A stretch of 60,147 nt of DNA from a virus (taxonomy: Duplodnaviria > Caudoviricetes). Below the pieces are notes generated by a model that was given only the letters and a program-made list of their open reading frames with translations, was not told the origin of the DNA and did not search any database. The stretch covers positions 1 to 60,147 of IMG/VR virus record IMGVR_UViG_3300043485_000022; one strand, 5' to 3'. A program made the translations under genes and the position numbers. Positions 47,129 through 57,182 of the stretch are shown here, in pieces. How positions within the stretch are numbered: position 1 is the first letter of the stretch; every line of letters starts with the position of its first letter.

Positions 47129-47425
47129 ATGGCAACCACCCAGGTCTCCGCCCGCTCCTCCTGGATCTCCTCGGTCAAGTACCTCCAGACCCTTCCCGGG
47201 TTTGGTTCGCGGGTGCTGGTTGTCTTCCCGCAGGACGGGTCTGGAGCCTGGGTGTATCGCGAGGTCCCTTCCACCCTCCCAGGGCTGCTGACGGCCGGAC
47301 AAGCCACGACCAAGACCGGCAGCAAGCAGTCGATTGGAGCGACGTTCCACCGGCTGGTCAAGGGGCGGTATGACGAGCTGTATGTCAAGGATCAGGAGAT
47401 GGTCGAGGCTCTGAGGCAGATCTGA
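47129..47425 (+). CDS. KTSC-domain-like protein
   Basis: SSWISSVKY, L.V.F, Y.EVP and S.G..F...VKG.Y pattern. Confidence 0.7.
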   Translation: MATTQVSARSSWISSVKYLQTLPGFGSRVLVVFPQDGSGAWVYREVPSTLPGLLTAGQATTKTGSKQSIGATFHRLVKGRYDELYVKDQEMVEALRQI

Positions 47426-48358
47426 AAGGACGAAATCCAATGTCGAAACGATGCATTTGTGGTCACGAGGATGCACTACTCTCCTTCAGGAGCTTGTAAG
47501 AAGATCATCACGCGAGATTCTTCTCTCCAGAACCATCTGACTTGCACCTGCAAGAAGTTTCGTGAAGAGGAGCAGACAAAAAATGCGAACTCGTAACGAC
47601 GACATCAATCAATCCATCAACATCAATCTCATGTCTCTCAACTCGCGTCCTCAGTCTCAGCAGCAGCGTGAACTCGCTCTGTCAGAACGTCCTCTAGTGT
47701 GGCTGGTTGAACGTCACGCTGAGTTGATGAACTTTGATGTCTGCTCGGTTTGCGGCCCCACTTGTCCAGGTGGTTGTGACGACGATCTAGCTGCGCGCGG
47801 TGATGGTGCACGATTCGTCCCCACAGAAGTTCGGTTAGAACTTGAGAGCATAGAGGACGAAATCATCGACCGCGACGAACAAGGTGACTTGGAGCACTTG
47901 GAGCGACTTGACAACAGCCTGTGGGAACGTGCTCAACAGATCATTCAGAGAGGATCAAACCGGTGACCAGAATTCCGCACGGCTATGAGCTTATCCACTC
48001 TCCAGTTGAACTCCAGCTCGGGACTTTTGTTCCGCTGGTCTATGACGCAAAGCTCCAACGGAATACTATAATGTGGTACCGAGTGCAGAACGGGTTTGGT
48101 AGTCGTGGCGATAGGGAGGACTGGGTTGCCGATCTTCCTGTTTCTGTCTCAGTTAGTGATTATCACTGGAACGGCAGTGACTTTGGGCCTAGCTACGGAA
48201 CGTTTGACAATGCATGTCTCCAAGTTCTGAGAATAGAACTTCTTGACTACCTGCCACAAATGATTCAACGAGCAAAAGACAAATTATCGAGACTGGAATC
48301 CGCCAGCGAGATTATATCCAAAGCACTCGATACTTCTGAAAACCAATAAGGAGATCTG

Positions 48359-48685
48359 ATGAATCCCCACATCAGCACCCCGCCTCGTCCCTCAACTCTC
48401 CAATGGAAGGTCGGCAAGAAGTCGTCCCCATGGTCATCTTTTCTCTGGTCGTGCTTTGCTGTTCTAGTGTTCGCGTTCTGCTGTTTCCTTGCAATCATCG
48501 GTTCTCAACGCAAGGCTACCCTGCGAGCCGTTCACGCTTGCGACACTGGTCATACGACCTGCCGCATCTCGATGGGCTACTCAGCGTTACGTGTCAAGTC
48601 AGAAGACGCCGCTGAGGACCAGACTGTCTGCGGCGATGGCTGGAGAGCTTGTGTTGACGCAGCGAGTGAAGGAAACATCCAATGA
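48359..48685 (+). CDS. Membrane-anchored Cys-rich protein
   Basis: One TM helix; 4 Cys in the C-terminal domain. Confidence 0.5.
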   Translation: MNPHISTPPRPSTLQWKVGKKSSPWSSFLWSCFAVLVFAFCCFLAIIGSQRKATLRAVHACDTGHTTCRISMGYSALRVKSEDAAEDQTVCGDGWRACVDAASEGNIQ

Positions 48686-49237
48686 CCATTCTGCGTCTAA
48701 TCGAGAAGTTCTCTTTCGGTGTGGAGATCTCTCTCGCTCAGTCGGATGGCACAGGATACATGATCGTTGTTCATCAGGAAAATAAGTTAGAGTCTGCCTG
48801 CCAAGCGCGAATCGACCGAGGAGGTCAACGATACGGTGTTAATTCTCAGGCATATAAGATGGCTAGGAGCGATGCCAGGAGACTAATTCGAGATTGTCGA
48901 GTTAATATGGGTGTCTTCAACACGCTACACAAGTTCATAGAAGGATCTGCCAAATACGAAAGAGGACGCAAATGACTAGTGATCTGTCAACACTCTTTGA
49001 GCTGTACGACCAAGCCGACGAAGCTGTCAACAAGGCTCGTGCCGAATTGGAAGGTACTCTTGCTCTGCGCTCTAGCTACGTGAAAATGATCCGCGACTCC
49101 GCCCAGTCAAGCGGCCCGTTCAACCACAACGGTCACGCCTGCAAGATTGTCCAGCGCGGCAAGACGTTCTTTTTCAGAACAAGTAAGATGGTCGCGGTGG
49201 ACGTGACAAGCAAGACCAGTGGACAGGAGAATGGTAG

Positions 49238-49801
49238 ATGATCCGTTCTATCGAGGAAATAAAAAAGGCTTTCTGGTCGGGCAGGACTTGGGACGATGCC
49301 CTTCAAGAGATCTACGATCTTGGGCGAAGAGATGCTGTAGCTCAGTCTGCACCTGTCACGATCCGTCAGGAAGTCATGGGACCGCATTTCACCAAGTATC
49401 ACATCGAAGGTCTGCCCGTCCCTACTGTTCTGCATCACATCACTCAGGCTGAGCCTGAAGCTGATCCACACGACCATCCGTGGGGGTTCACGAGCTTTGT
49501 GATCGCTGGGGGATATGTGGAGGAGGTGTTTCAGCCGCGTGGTCTCCGATCAAGCGAATGGCTCAGGGTGGTGGATGGCAAGGGTTATCTAGTTGAGCGC
49601 CAACAAGGACAAGTGTTCAGAGTAAATGCGAGTCGTGTCCATCGCATTGTCCGTCTGCTAGGCCCTGAAAGCTGGACCCTTATCCTCCCTGGTCCTCCCG
49701 AGCGCAAGCCTGGGTTCTACCGCTGGGACGAGAATGGACAACCACTATACCGTCCGTGGGACCGGGGAGACTTCCAACCCCTCGCGAGGACTGAGCCATG
49801 A
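49238..49801 (+). CDS. Cupin-fold protein (HDHPW family)
   Basis: LH....PHDHPW.F.S....GGY.E, HRI and WTL motifs. Confidence 0.72.
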   Translation: MIRSIEEIKKAFWSGRTWDDALQEIYDLGRRDAVAQSAPVTIRQEVMGPHFTKYHIEGLPVPTVLHHITQAEPEADPHDHPWGFTSFVIAGGYVEEVFQPRGLRSSEWLRVVDGKGYLVERQQGQVFRVNASRVHRIVRLLGPESWTLILPGPPERKPGFYRWDENGQPLYRPWDRGDFQPLARTEP

Positions 49802-50475
49802 TCACGAGAAAGAAAGCCGCTCGCAAACCACGAACGACCAAGAAGCGGGATTTCGAGCGTGAGGGTTCCGGCTACAAACTTGCTGAAAAAGAAATCGATC
49901 GCATGGCCGGTTTTCTGCGAGGCAACCCAGCCAATCTAGACGTGTACGATCCTCGTGATAATCAGATGATCCCTCCTGCTGGCTCGTGGGCAATGATCAC
50001 TCGCAAGCTACCTCCCATCGAAGGTAGACTAGACGAGAACATGCGGGTTGGTAGGATCTTTTTCGTGGAACATCTCAGCAACGTAGACGAGAAAGGATTT
50101 CAACCCAATGGCATGTATAGGGCGATGTGTCATAGTCCGTGGGGCGATCTTCATCTCTGGCCTTATGAGTACTCCACAATAGATGTCGTGGATATTGTCA
50201 AGCTGTGGACTGCTGAAGAGGTTATCTTCCATCCCACCTCAATTGACAATGCTCGATTCTCGGAAATTGCTTTCTATGCTCGCAGTCGTGGGATTGGACT
50301 GGCTGATGCTGCTGTGATGGCACTAGGGACTCTTACAGGATCAGTGGGATGGTTTGAGCCAAGAGAGGATTTGGCCGCCGAATGTGAAGCCATGGAAAGA
50401 AGCATGCATCGTCCGTGGCGTGCGAGCTTCGGCAGAAGAGAAGCCAACATAAAAAGGCTGAGTGTTGACTTGTGA
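49798..50475 (+). CDS. Hypothetical protein
   Basis: ATGA-coupled; contains FYARSRGI. Confidence 0.6.
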   Translation: MITRKKAARKPRTTKKRDFEREGSGYKLAEKEIDRMAGFLRGNPANLDVYDPRDNQMIPPAGSWAMITRKLPPIEGRLDENMRVGRIFFVEHLSNVDEKGFQPNGMYRAMCHSPWGDLHLWPYEYSTIDVVDIVKLWTAEEVIFHPTSIDNARFSEIAFYARSRGIGLADAAVMALGTLTGSVGWFEPREDLAAECEAMERSMHRPWRASFGRREANIKRLSVDL

Positions 50476-50765
50476 CGACCAAGCGCAAGCGGCGTGGATC
50501 AAAAGATCGTCTCAAGCTTCGTGCTCAACTGTTCAAGCTCAGCAAGGGCAAATGTTACTACTGCAAACTCCCACTTGTCCTGCGACTTGATCCGCCACCA
50601 GACTCCAGTAAGGGTGTGCCTGGGAACTACATGACGATCGATCACCGAGTGCCGTTGGTTGAAGGTGGAGCGGATCAGCTCAGCAACATGGTAGCTTGTT
50701 GTCTAAGGTGCAATCAAGTAAGGTCGTATGACTATGGAGGATTTCCCTCGTGTCAAAATCAATAG
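50472..50765 (+). CDS. HNH endonuclease
   Basis: CYYC, TIDHRVP..EGG...NMVACCLRCN. Confidence 0.88.
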   Translation: MTTKRKRRGSKDRLKLRAQLFKLSKGKCYYCKLPLVLRLDPPPDSSKGVPGNYMTIDHRVPLVEGGADQLSNMVACCLRCNQVRSYDYGGFPSCQNQ

Positions 50766-50956
50766 CAGTAGATCAAAACACGATAGAGCAGGAAGCACGG
50801 CTCATATACAAGGAAATGAGATCAGCGGACCAAAAATCACAGTCGGAAAGATTTGATTCTCTCAGAGATGAGTGGCTCTCCTGTATTCGATCACTCAGAA
50901 AGCCTTATAGCTTCCTCCGGCAACTGAACGAAGATGTGTTCCACGGACGAATCTAA

Positions 50957-53617
50957 ATGTCTGTCATTGTTCCTGGCTTTGGACGGACTCCCAATCGCGT
51001 CCTCCTCTGCGGAGAAGCCCCAGGCCGCACCGAGTTCGAACGTGGCAGACCCTTTTCCGGAAAATCTGGTGAAGAGCAGAAATGGTATCTATCACCTTAC
51101 AGAATAAACCCTGATCACTGGTACATGACAAACGTTGTCAAGCTCTATTTGGAGGGAAACCCAGATCCCACCCCTGAGCTGATTTCGGAGTGGACCCCGG
51201 AGTTGATCCGCGAAGTCCACGCTTGCAACCCTCAGCTCATCATCGCTGTTGGCAGATTTGCTATCCAATGGTTTCTAGGCGATCGTGCTGACTTGGATTC
51301 TTGCCATAACATCCCTCACAAGCCTGGAGCGTTTGACCTGTCTCGCGCAAGTCGCTCTCCACAAAACTCGATCATTCTGCCGATCTATCACCCAGCGGCG
51401 GGGTTCTATAAAGCCAAAGTACGGCCCTTGATCCAAGAAGATTACCGAGTCGTAGCGAGCACTGTTAAGAAGCTCCAAGCGGGCGAGCAGATCGAGTTCC
51501 GCCATGACCCCTACGCCGGGCAGGAAGACTATCGTGACGTGACAGGCCGTCAACTCGAATCAGCAATCAGGTCTGCCAAGCCTGCCGACCTACGATACAT
51601 CGGCCTCGACACAGAAGGCTACCCCAAGCGAGGCATGCACTGGTCAACACAGGTCTCGTGGCAGCCCGGGGTAGCTTACGTCCTCAGAACCTCCCAGCCC
51701 GACCTCCAGCGTGGTATAGCAGCCCTCCAGAGGCTCGCAGACACCAGCCGCACGACATTCATCACCCACGACGCCTCCACCCCTTCAGGCTGCCTCTACG
51801 ACCTCACCATGTCCAGTGTCGTCGGGCTGAACTACTCGCGTGCTCCTCTCTACAACACCATGTACGCCGCTTACCTAACTCGCCTAGAGCCTAAGGGCCT
51901 CAAACCCCTCTGCTGGCGGTTCAACGGCATGTACATGGAAGACTACCACTCGCTCATTGGAGACGTGGCTAGGCAGAAGCAGCTTGATTATCTGATCGAA
52001 GTCTCGTGTCGAACGTGGCCTAAAGCAGAACCTCGCCTTGAGCATAACAATGACGGCAGTAGCAAGCTGAAGACTTACCAGCACATCACCAAAGCTGTCA
52101 ACAAGCTTATCGTAGACATCGTAACAGGCAAGGAGACTAAAGACGGTCCCACGAATCCCTTGAAGCGCTGGAGAGACCTCGACCCGCTACAGGTCAAGCA
52201 CGTAGAGTCGGTCATGGGCCGGATGCCGATTGCAACATTGGATGATGTTCCGTTGGATCAAGCTATCATCTATGCTGCTCGTGATAGCGACGGGACTAGA
52301 AGATTGATGTTCCAACTAGACGAACGGCTCAAATCTCTCGACCTCCAGCACCGCATGCCCGATGACATGCAAGTCGCTCCTATCTTCTGGGAGATGCAGC
52401 AGAACGGTATGACTGCTGATCGACAAATGTTCTTCGACCTAGGCGAAAGCATGTCCGAGCAGATGTACGCCATCGGAGCAAGACTGTCACATGAGTTCTT
52501 CAGCTCACGGCGGTTCAACCCAGGCTCACCCAAGCAGGTTCAAGTCCTATTGAAGCGCCGTGGCTTGAGAGCTTCGAAGCAGACTGACACGGGAGACGAA
52601 TCAACCGCTAAGAAGTCTATCGAACATTTGAGATTTTTAGACCCCGCGATCGGTCTGGTGTTTGATTGGCGGGAACGTCAGCACATCCGCGATTCGTTCT
52701 GCAAACCCATCCTCAGCATCATCCCTGGAGATCAGAGATTTTGGAATGTCCGCTCTAATCTACGCATCGCTGATACAGAGACTCGCAGACTATCAAGCTC
52801 AGCCCCTAATCTGCTCAACATACCCGTGCGTACAGACATCGGCCGGGCTGTGCGATCGTGCTACCGGCTTGCTGAAGACTCAGGACAAGTCTTGTACGCC
52901 GCTGACTTATCACAGATTGAACTCCGAATATTGGCCGATGAAAGCAACAGCAAGTTTCTCATTGGCGAATTCCTCAAGCCCAAGTCAGACCCGCACAAGC
53001 AAATCGCCATGCGCGTCTTCGGCATAGCTCGCGAAGAGGACGTAGACGAGTTCAAGCACCGCCTCCCTGCCAAGACAACCATCTATGGCATCTCTTATGG
53101 TCAACAGGATCAGGGGTTATCAGACCAGCTTCGCATGCTCGGGCTTGACAACTGGGACGTAAGAGCCTGCGGAGAACTCCGCCGAGAGATCTTGTCTATC
53201 ATCGGCATCAATGACTACAAGGAAAGGTTGATCTCCAGCGCTCGCTCGCGTGGATACATCCGCGACCGTGGCGGGATGTACCGCTACCTGCCAGACTTGC
53301 GGTCCCACGATCGTAAACTCTCAGCAGAGGCAGAGCGGCATGTCGTCTCCAGTCGCATCCAAGGCACAGCCCAAACCGCTATTCAGAACTCCATGCGACA
53401 CTTGCGCCCGTCCATCCAAACCCTGTCAGACAGTGGACATGACATCAAGTGGCGGTTGCAAGTGCACGATGAGCTGATCTTGACCTGTCCGCGAGAAGAC
53501 GTAGAGATTGTAGACTACCTGTGCCTCGACGCGATGACGAACCACCACGGATTGAAGTTGAAGATTCCGATTGTCGCCAAGGGACACACAGCAACCACTT
53601 GGGGAGAACTGAAATGA
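50957..53617 (+). CDS. polA: Family A DNA polymerase with N-terminal uracil-DNA-glycosylase-like domain and 3'-5' exonuclease
   Basis: UDG: GEAPG, PFSG.SG, TNVVK, YHPAA. Exonuclease: LDTE, YAARD. Polymerase: DLSQIELR, AKTTIYGISYG, VHDEL. Confidence 0.95.
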   Translation: MSVIVPGFGRTPNRVLLCGEAPGRTEFERGRPFSGKSGEEQKWYLSPYRINPDHWYMTNVVKLYLEGNPDPTPELISEWTPELIREVHACNPQLIIAVGRFAIQWFLGDRADLDSCHNIPHKPGAFDLSRASRSPQNSIILPIYHPAAGFYKAKVRPLIQEDYRVVASTVKKLQAGEQIEFRHDPYAGQEDYRDVTGRQLESAIRSAKPADLRYIGLDTEGYPKRGMHWSTQVSWQPGVAYVLRTSQPDLQRGIAALQRLADTSRTTFITHDASTPSGCLYDLTMSSVVGLNYSRAPLYNTMYAAYLTRLEPKGLKPLCWRFNGMYMEDYHSLIGDVARQKQLDYLIEVSCRTWPKAEPRLEHNNDGSSKLKTYQHITKAVNKLIVDIVTGKETKDGPTNPLKRWRDLDPLQVKHVESVMGRMPIATLDDVPLDQAIIYAARDSDGTRRLMFQLDERLKSLDLQHRMPDDMQVAPIFWEMQQNGMTADRQMFFDLGESMSEQMYAIGARLSHEFFSSRRFNPGSPKQVQVLLKRRGLRASKQTDTGDESTAKKSIEHLRFLDPAIGLVFDWRERQHIRDSFCKPILSIIPGDQRFWNVRSNLRIADTETRRLSSSAPNLLNIPVRTDIGRAVRSCYRLAEDSGQVLYAADLSQIELRILADESNSKFLIGEFLKPKSDPHKQIAMRVFGIAREEDVDEFKHRLPAKTTIYGISYGQQDQGLSDQLRMLGLDNWDVRACGELRREILSIIGINDYKERLISSARSRGYIRDRGGMYRYLPDLRSHDRKLSAEAERHVVSSRIQGTAQTAIQNSMRHLRPSIQTLSDSGHDIKWRLQVHDELILTCPREDVEIVDYLCLDAMTNHHGLKLKIPIVAKGHTATTWGELK

Positions 53618-53765
53618 TGACGATTTGGGATGCTCATCGGAAGCGTTGTACTTTTGATTATTGCTCTTATTCTTCAAGACTTCATGTTCAAGAAGAAGTG
53701 AGACAAGAACAGCGTCCACTTCTGGTGACGAGTTGTAAAACTTCTGTAAAACCCCTGCCGACCTG

Positions 53766-53794
53766 TTGCTAAGCTGTGTTAAGTCGGATAGAGT
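53766..53794 (+). promoter_or_regulatory. sigma70-type promoter
   Basis: TTGCTA-N17-TAGAGT, downstream of the 23-bp element at 53724-53746. Confidence 0.6.
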
Positions 53795-54501
53795 CTCGAC
53801 AGTCAAACGACACAAGAACTGGAGACCGAAATGACCGACGCACACCAGATCGCTAACGCCAAGCTATCCGCCGCTGGTCGCTTGAACATGCTTGCGTCGT
53901 TCGAGCAGACCGAGGATGTCAAGCAGCGTTGGTGTCGTGAGATCTCCAACTGTATTGGCACGATCGTCGTCATTGGACGGGACTCGAAATGAATCCTCAG
54001 TGGCACGAAATCGAAGACAGAGAAGGTCACAGGTACATGATTAATCTCAGTAGAGTCCAGTACACTTGGGAAGCTCTACCGTCAAGACGAGTTCTCAACC
54101 ATCTCTCGACAGAACTTTGAGAAGTACCGGCAGCGCTACTTACGGCCCTGTGTACTCAAACCTTTGAGAGGAGACAAGACATGTGGATCAGAGCAATCGA
54201 AGCCATACCCGACTACAGCAAGAGAACAGAAGAAGGAGACACGTTTATTGCTGGAGGCGAGGTTATCATCAACACCAGTCGGATCTGTACTCTTCATGTC
54301 AGACCACCTCAAGACGGCAAGACTTTGACTGAGATCATGTTCTACGAGTCCTATGCCGTGACCTGTTTTGATTTCCCGCTGATAGATATGTTAATCGGAG
54401 ATGGAACCGGCTGTAACTTCTCTGTATCCCAGGATTGATCTGTTAAGCCCGTGTTAAGCGCCAACCACATAACTTGTTAACCTCAGAGAGCCCCTCAACT
54501 C

Positions 54502-54855
54502 ATGTCCAAACCGCGCAAGTCATCTCTCCCATCTGTCCCTGAAATCGTCTTGCAATCAATCGAGACTCTAGGCAGCAAGATCAGATCCACCAACGTTATG
54601 ATCAAGGATCTCGAGGAAGACCGAGACAAGGACAAAAAAGAGCTAGAGTTGATCTGCCGCGACTATAAGGTAGACAAGCATGCAGGCTCTACCTTCCGCC
54701 TGAACCACATCGTCTCAGTCACGCAAACACTGGACGAATCTCTGCTGCTGTCCAACGGTGTCGGCATGGACGTGATCGAAGTGAGCAAGCGACCTGTTGT
54801 CAAGGATTACTATCGGATTGATGGTCTCGCTGAGCCAAAGGAGAAGAAGCCGTGA
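54502..54855 (+). CDS. Coiled-coil hypothetical protein
   Basis: ORF with heptad pattern. Confidence 0.55.
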   Translation: MSKPRKSSLPSVPEIVLQSIETLGSKIRSTNVMIKDLEEDRDKDKKELELICRDYKVDKHAGSTFRLNHIVSVTQTLDESLLLSNGVGMDVIEVSKRPVVKDYYRIDGLAEPKEKKP

Positions 54856-55231
54856 GCACTCAGGACGACAGAGATATTCTCTCGGCTCTGCAAGACTTCC
54901 TGTCACTGGACAAACCCGACCCGCGAGCAGAAATGCTATCTTCCTGGAGACACAGCCGTCCTGATTATCTCTTTCCTGGGACACCAACCTGTGATCTCTC
55001 CCCCAGCTCAGATCTGCCTCCTCTAGAGCGTGATCTACAGCACAAACTTTTGGAAGTGATTGATCAGTTTGGCGAGATTGCCAATCAAATCAATTTGCTG
55101 GGTATCAAGAAGTCTACAGGTGTCAGACACTTAGATGAATACAGTGAGATGTGGAGCGATGCCGTGACAGCCGCTTTCTCACAAGTTATGTCGCAGGTCA
55201 ACTGGTACGGCAACACTTAAAGGAGACAACG

Positions 55232-55591
55232 ATGAAGATCAAGCAAGGCCTCGAAACCGAATACGCAAAGTACGTCGAAACCAACAGCCGGGACGGCTAC
55301 AGCAAAGCGGTCGTAGACTACTCAGAGCGGTGGGCGAATTTGATGGAAGAACGTCTCTCCGCCACAGGATCTACAATCGCTGAGATCGCCAAGAAAGCCA
55401 GCCACGACGCCGATACGGAAGGTATCACTGGTTTCATGTACGGGTGTGCCGTCCAAGCCCTTGCCTACTTCTGGGAGCACGGCGAAGAACTCCGCCGCTG
55501 GCACAATAAGAATGCTCAGCTTGGCGACGAAGGCGATCGAGCCAATGAGTCAGGTGGTGTTCTCAATCCTGCTCTGCTTTCTATTGGATGA
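55232..55591 (+). CDS. Hypothetical phage protein
   Basis: AAGGAG SD; GITGFMYGCAV. Confidence 0.65.
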   Translation: MKIKQGLETEYAKYVETNSRDGYSKAVVDYSERWANLMEERLSATGSTIAEIAKKASHDADTEGITGFMYGCAVQALAYFWEHGEELRRWHNKNAQLGDEGDRANESGGVLNPALLSIG

Positions 55592-55606
55592 GAGAGGATC
55601 AATCCC

Positions 55607-56560
55607 ATGCCTAAAGATCGCCCCAAACCCCAGACCGATCAGACTGCCAACAATGCTCTCAAGACCGACTGGAGCCACGCCCTCATCCCATGGCTCGACA
55701 AGCTCCTCTCTTTTCTAGAAGGCAAGACAGACTCCTCCCTCCCGTTTTTCAACCCCGGTCTCGCGTGGCCTGTAGAAGGCGCCAACAAAGGTTCCGATAA
55801 CCACGAAGCGCAAGCCTGGACGGGTGAATGCCTCCGTGCGTGGCTCGCCAAAGACGGTCGTTTCCAGGTCGCCAAGCGAGTCCTGCTGACCGCCTACTAC
55901 CCTCGCGAGATGGGGCTTGGCGACAGAGGCGTAGGGCTACAAGGTGCCGAGCAGAACTGCCCCTCCTCGCACGACGCTCAACACCGTAACGGGACCAGCT
56001 TCTTCAGGCTTGTAGCGTGGCTCTCTCAGGACCCTGAACTACTTGCGGCTTCTGAAACCCTTCTACTGACAACCGTTCGTGCGAAGCTCTGCATTGCCTC
56101 CACCGATCTGACGGTCTGCGGGCCAGGGTTTCGTTGCCCTGGCAAGCCTGTCTTTGCAGGAGACACGGCATGGCTGCGGGTTGCGTTGGGGAGAGATACA
56201 CGAGTCCGCAAGGGGATTGAGAATGATCAGTTCTACGTCGGCGTGAGAGCCCTGCAATATCTCCGCAAGATAGGTGATCCGCTACTCGCCCAGACTGCCC
56301 GCATGACGTTGCAAGACATGGCTCCCTGTACTCTGAAGTATCCCATGGACGTTGTACGCGGGGACGGCTGGTACTTCGCACAGCTCGTGGGTGATAAGAA
56401 TCAACTCCCATCCCGCGACACCTGCGACTGGGCCTACTGTCGAGATAATCAACCACCCCAGTTCTCCCGTGAGTGGAACAAGCAGCGGCCGTTCCCGCTG
56501 GCGAAGTCGTCGGTGATTCATTTTCCTGGAATCTCGGAAGGCAGGAGAACAGGAAAATGA
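55607..56560 (+). CDS. Hypothetical protein (317 aa)
   Basis: GAGGA SD; long ORF, no motif recognised. Confidence 0.65.
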   Translation: MPKDRPKPQTDQTANNALKTDWSHALIPWLDKLLSFLEGKTDSSLPFFNPGLAWPVEGANKGSDNHEAQAWTGECLRAWLAKDGRFQVAKRVLLTAYYPREMGLGDRGVGLQGAEQNCPSSHDAQHRNGTSFFRLVAWLSQDPELLAASETLLLTTVRAKLCIASTDLTVCGPGFRCPGKPVFAGDTAWLRVALGRDTRVRKGIENDQFYVGVRALQYLRKIGDPLLAQTARMTLQDMAPCTLKYPMDVVRGDGWYFAQLVGDKNQLPSRDTCDWAYCRDNQPPQFSREWNKQRPFPLAKSSVIHFPGISEGRRTGK

Positions 56561-57182
56561 GTGATCCTATCAGTATGGATATTGTCACCTCCACAGTGGG
56601 AAGAAGACACGTTCTTACTCTACCTGGAATTAATTTCGTCTACATTCCACTGACCGCAGAAGAGGTTGAGGCGTTGGCACTTCCTGAGTCTGAGGGCCTG
56701 TGTGTTCGGTTGAGCGTCGCCGCTGGCAAAGACAGCAAACGATGTCTCTGTGGCTGTATGGATGTCCCAGACAACGGACCTTGTAATCTTCCTGTAAAAG
56801 GCGGCAATGGGCGATGTGTCTACTGCGATCACGCTCTCACCTGTCACACTTCAAAGAAATGGAAGAAGGAGCGTAAGTGAATCAGCAAGGTCATTACTCA
56901 ACAAGTGGTTCAGATTGGGGTGCGGCTATCAAAGCGCAGGACAGACCTAGCGCATCAGACCGCGCCCATGCTCTTGAAGTCCGTCGCCTCAAGTTTCTTA
57001 CCAAGGTCTATCTCGCCTGTCGATTGAGCACGGACAGGTCTCTTGCTTTCAAATCCTTGAAGCCAAAAGACTGCTGGCCGGAATTAGGTGCAAACGTTGT
57101 CATCGCGGAAAGGCGAATAGACGAACAGACGAGACAGCGGATCGACTCTTTCCCGCGAACCATTACGATTGGATAGCCAGCA

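Noticed and set aside
54442-54480. TGTTAA(G) repeats upstream of ORF 54502
   Set aside because: Too short to support a binding-site call without comparative data.
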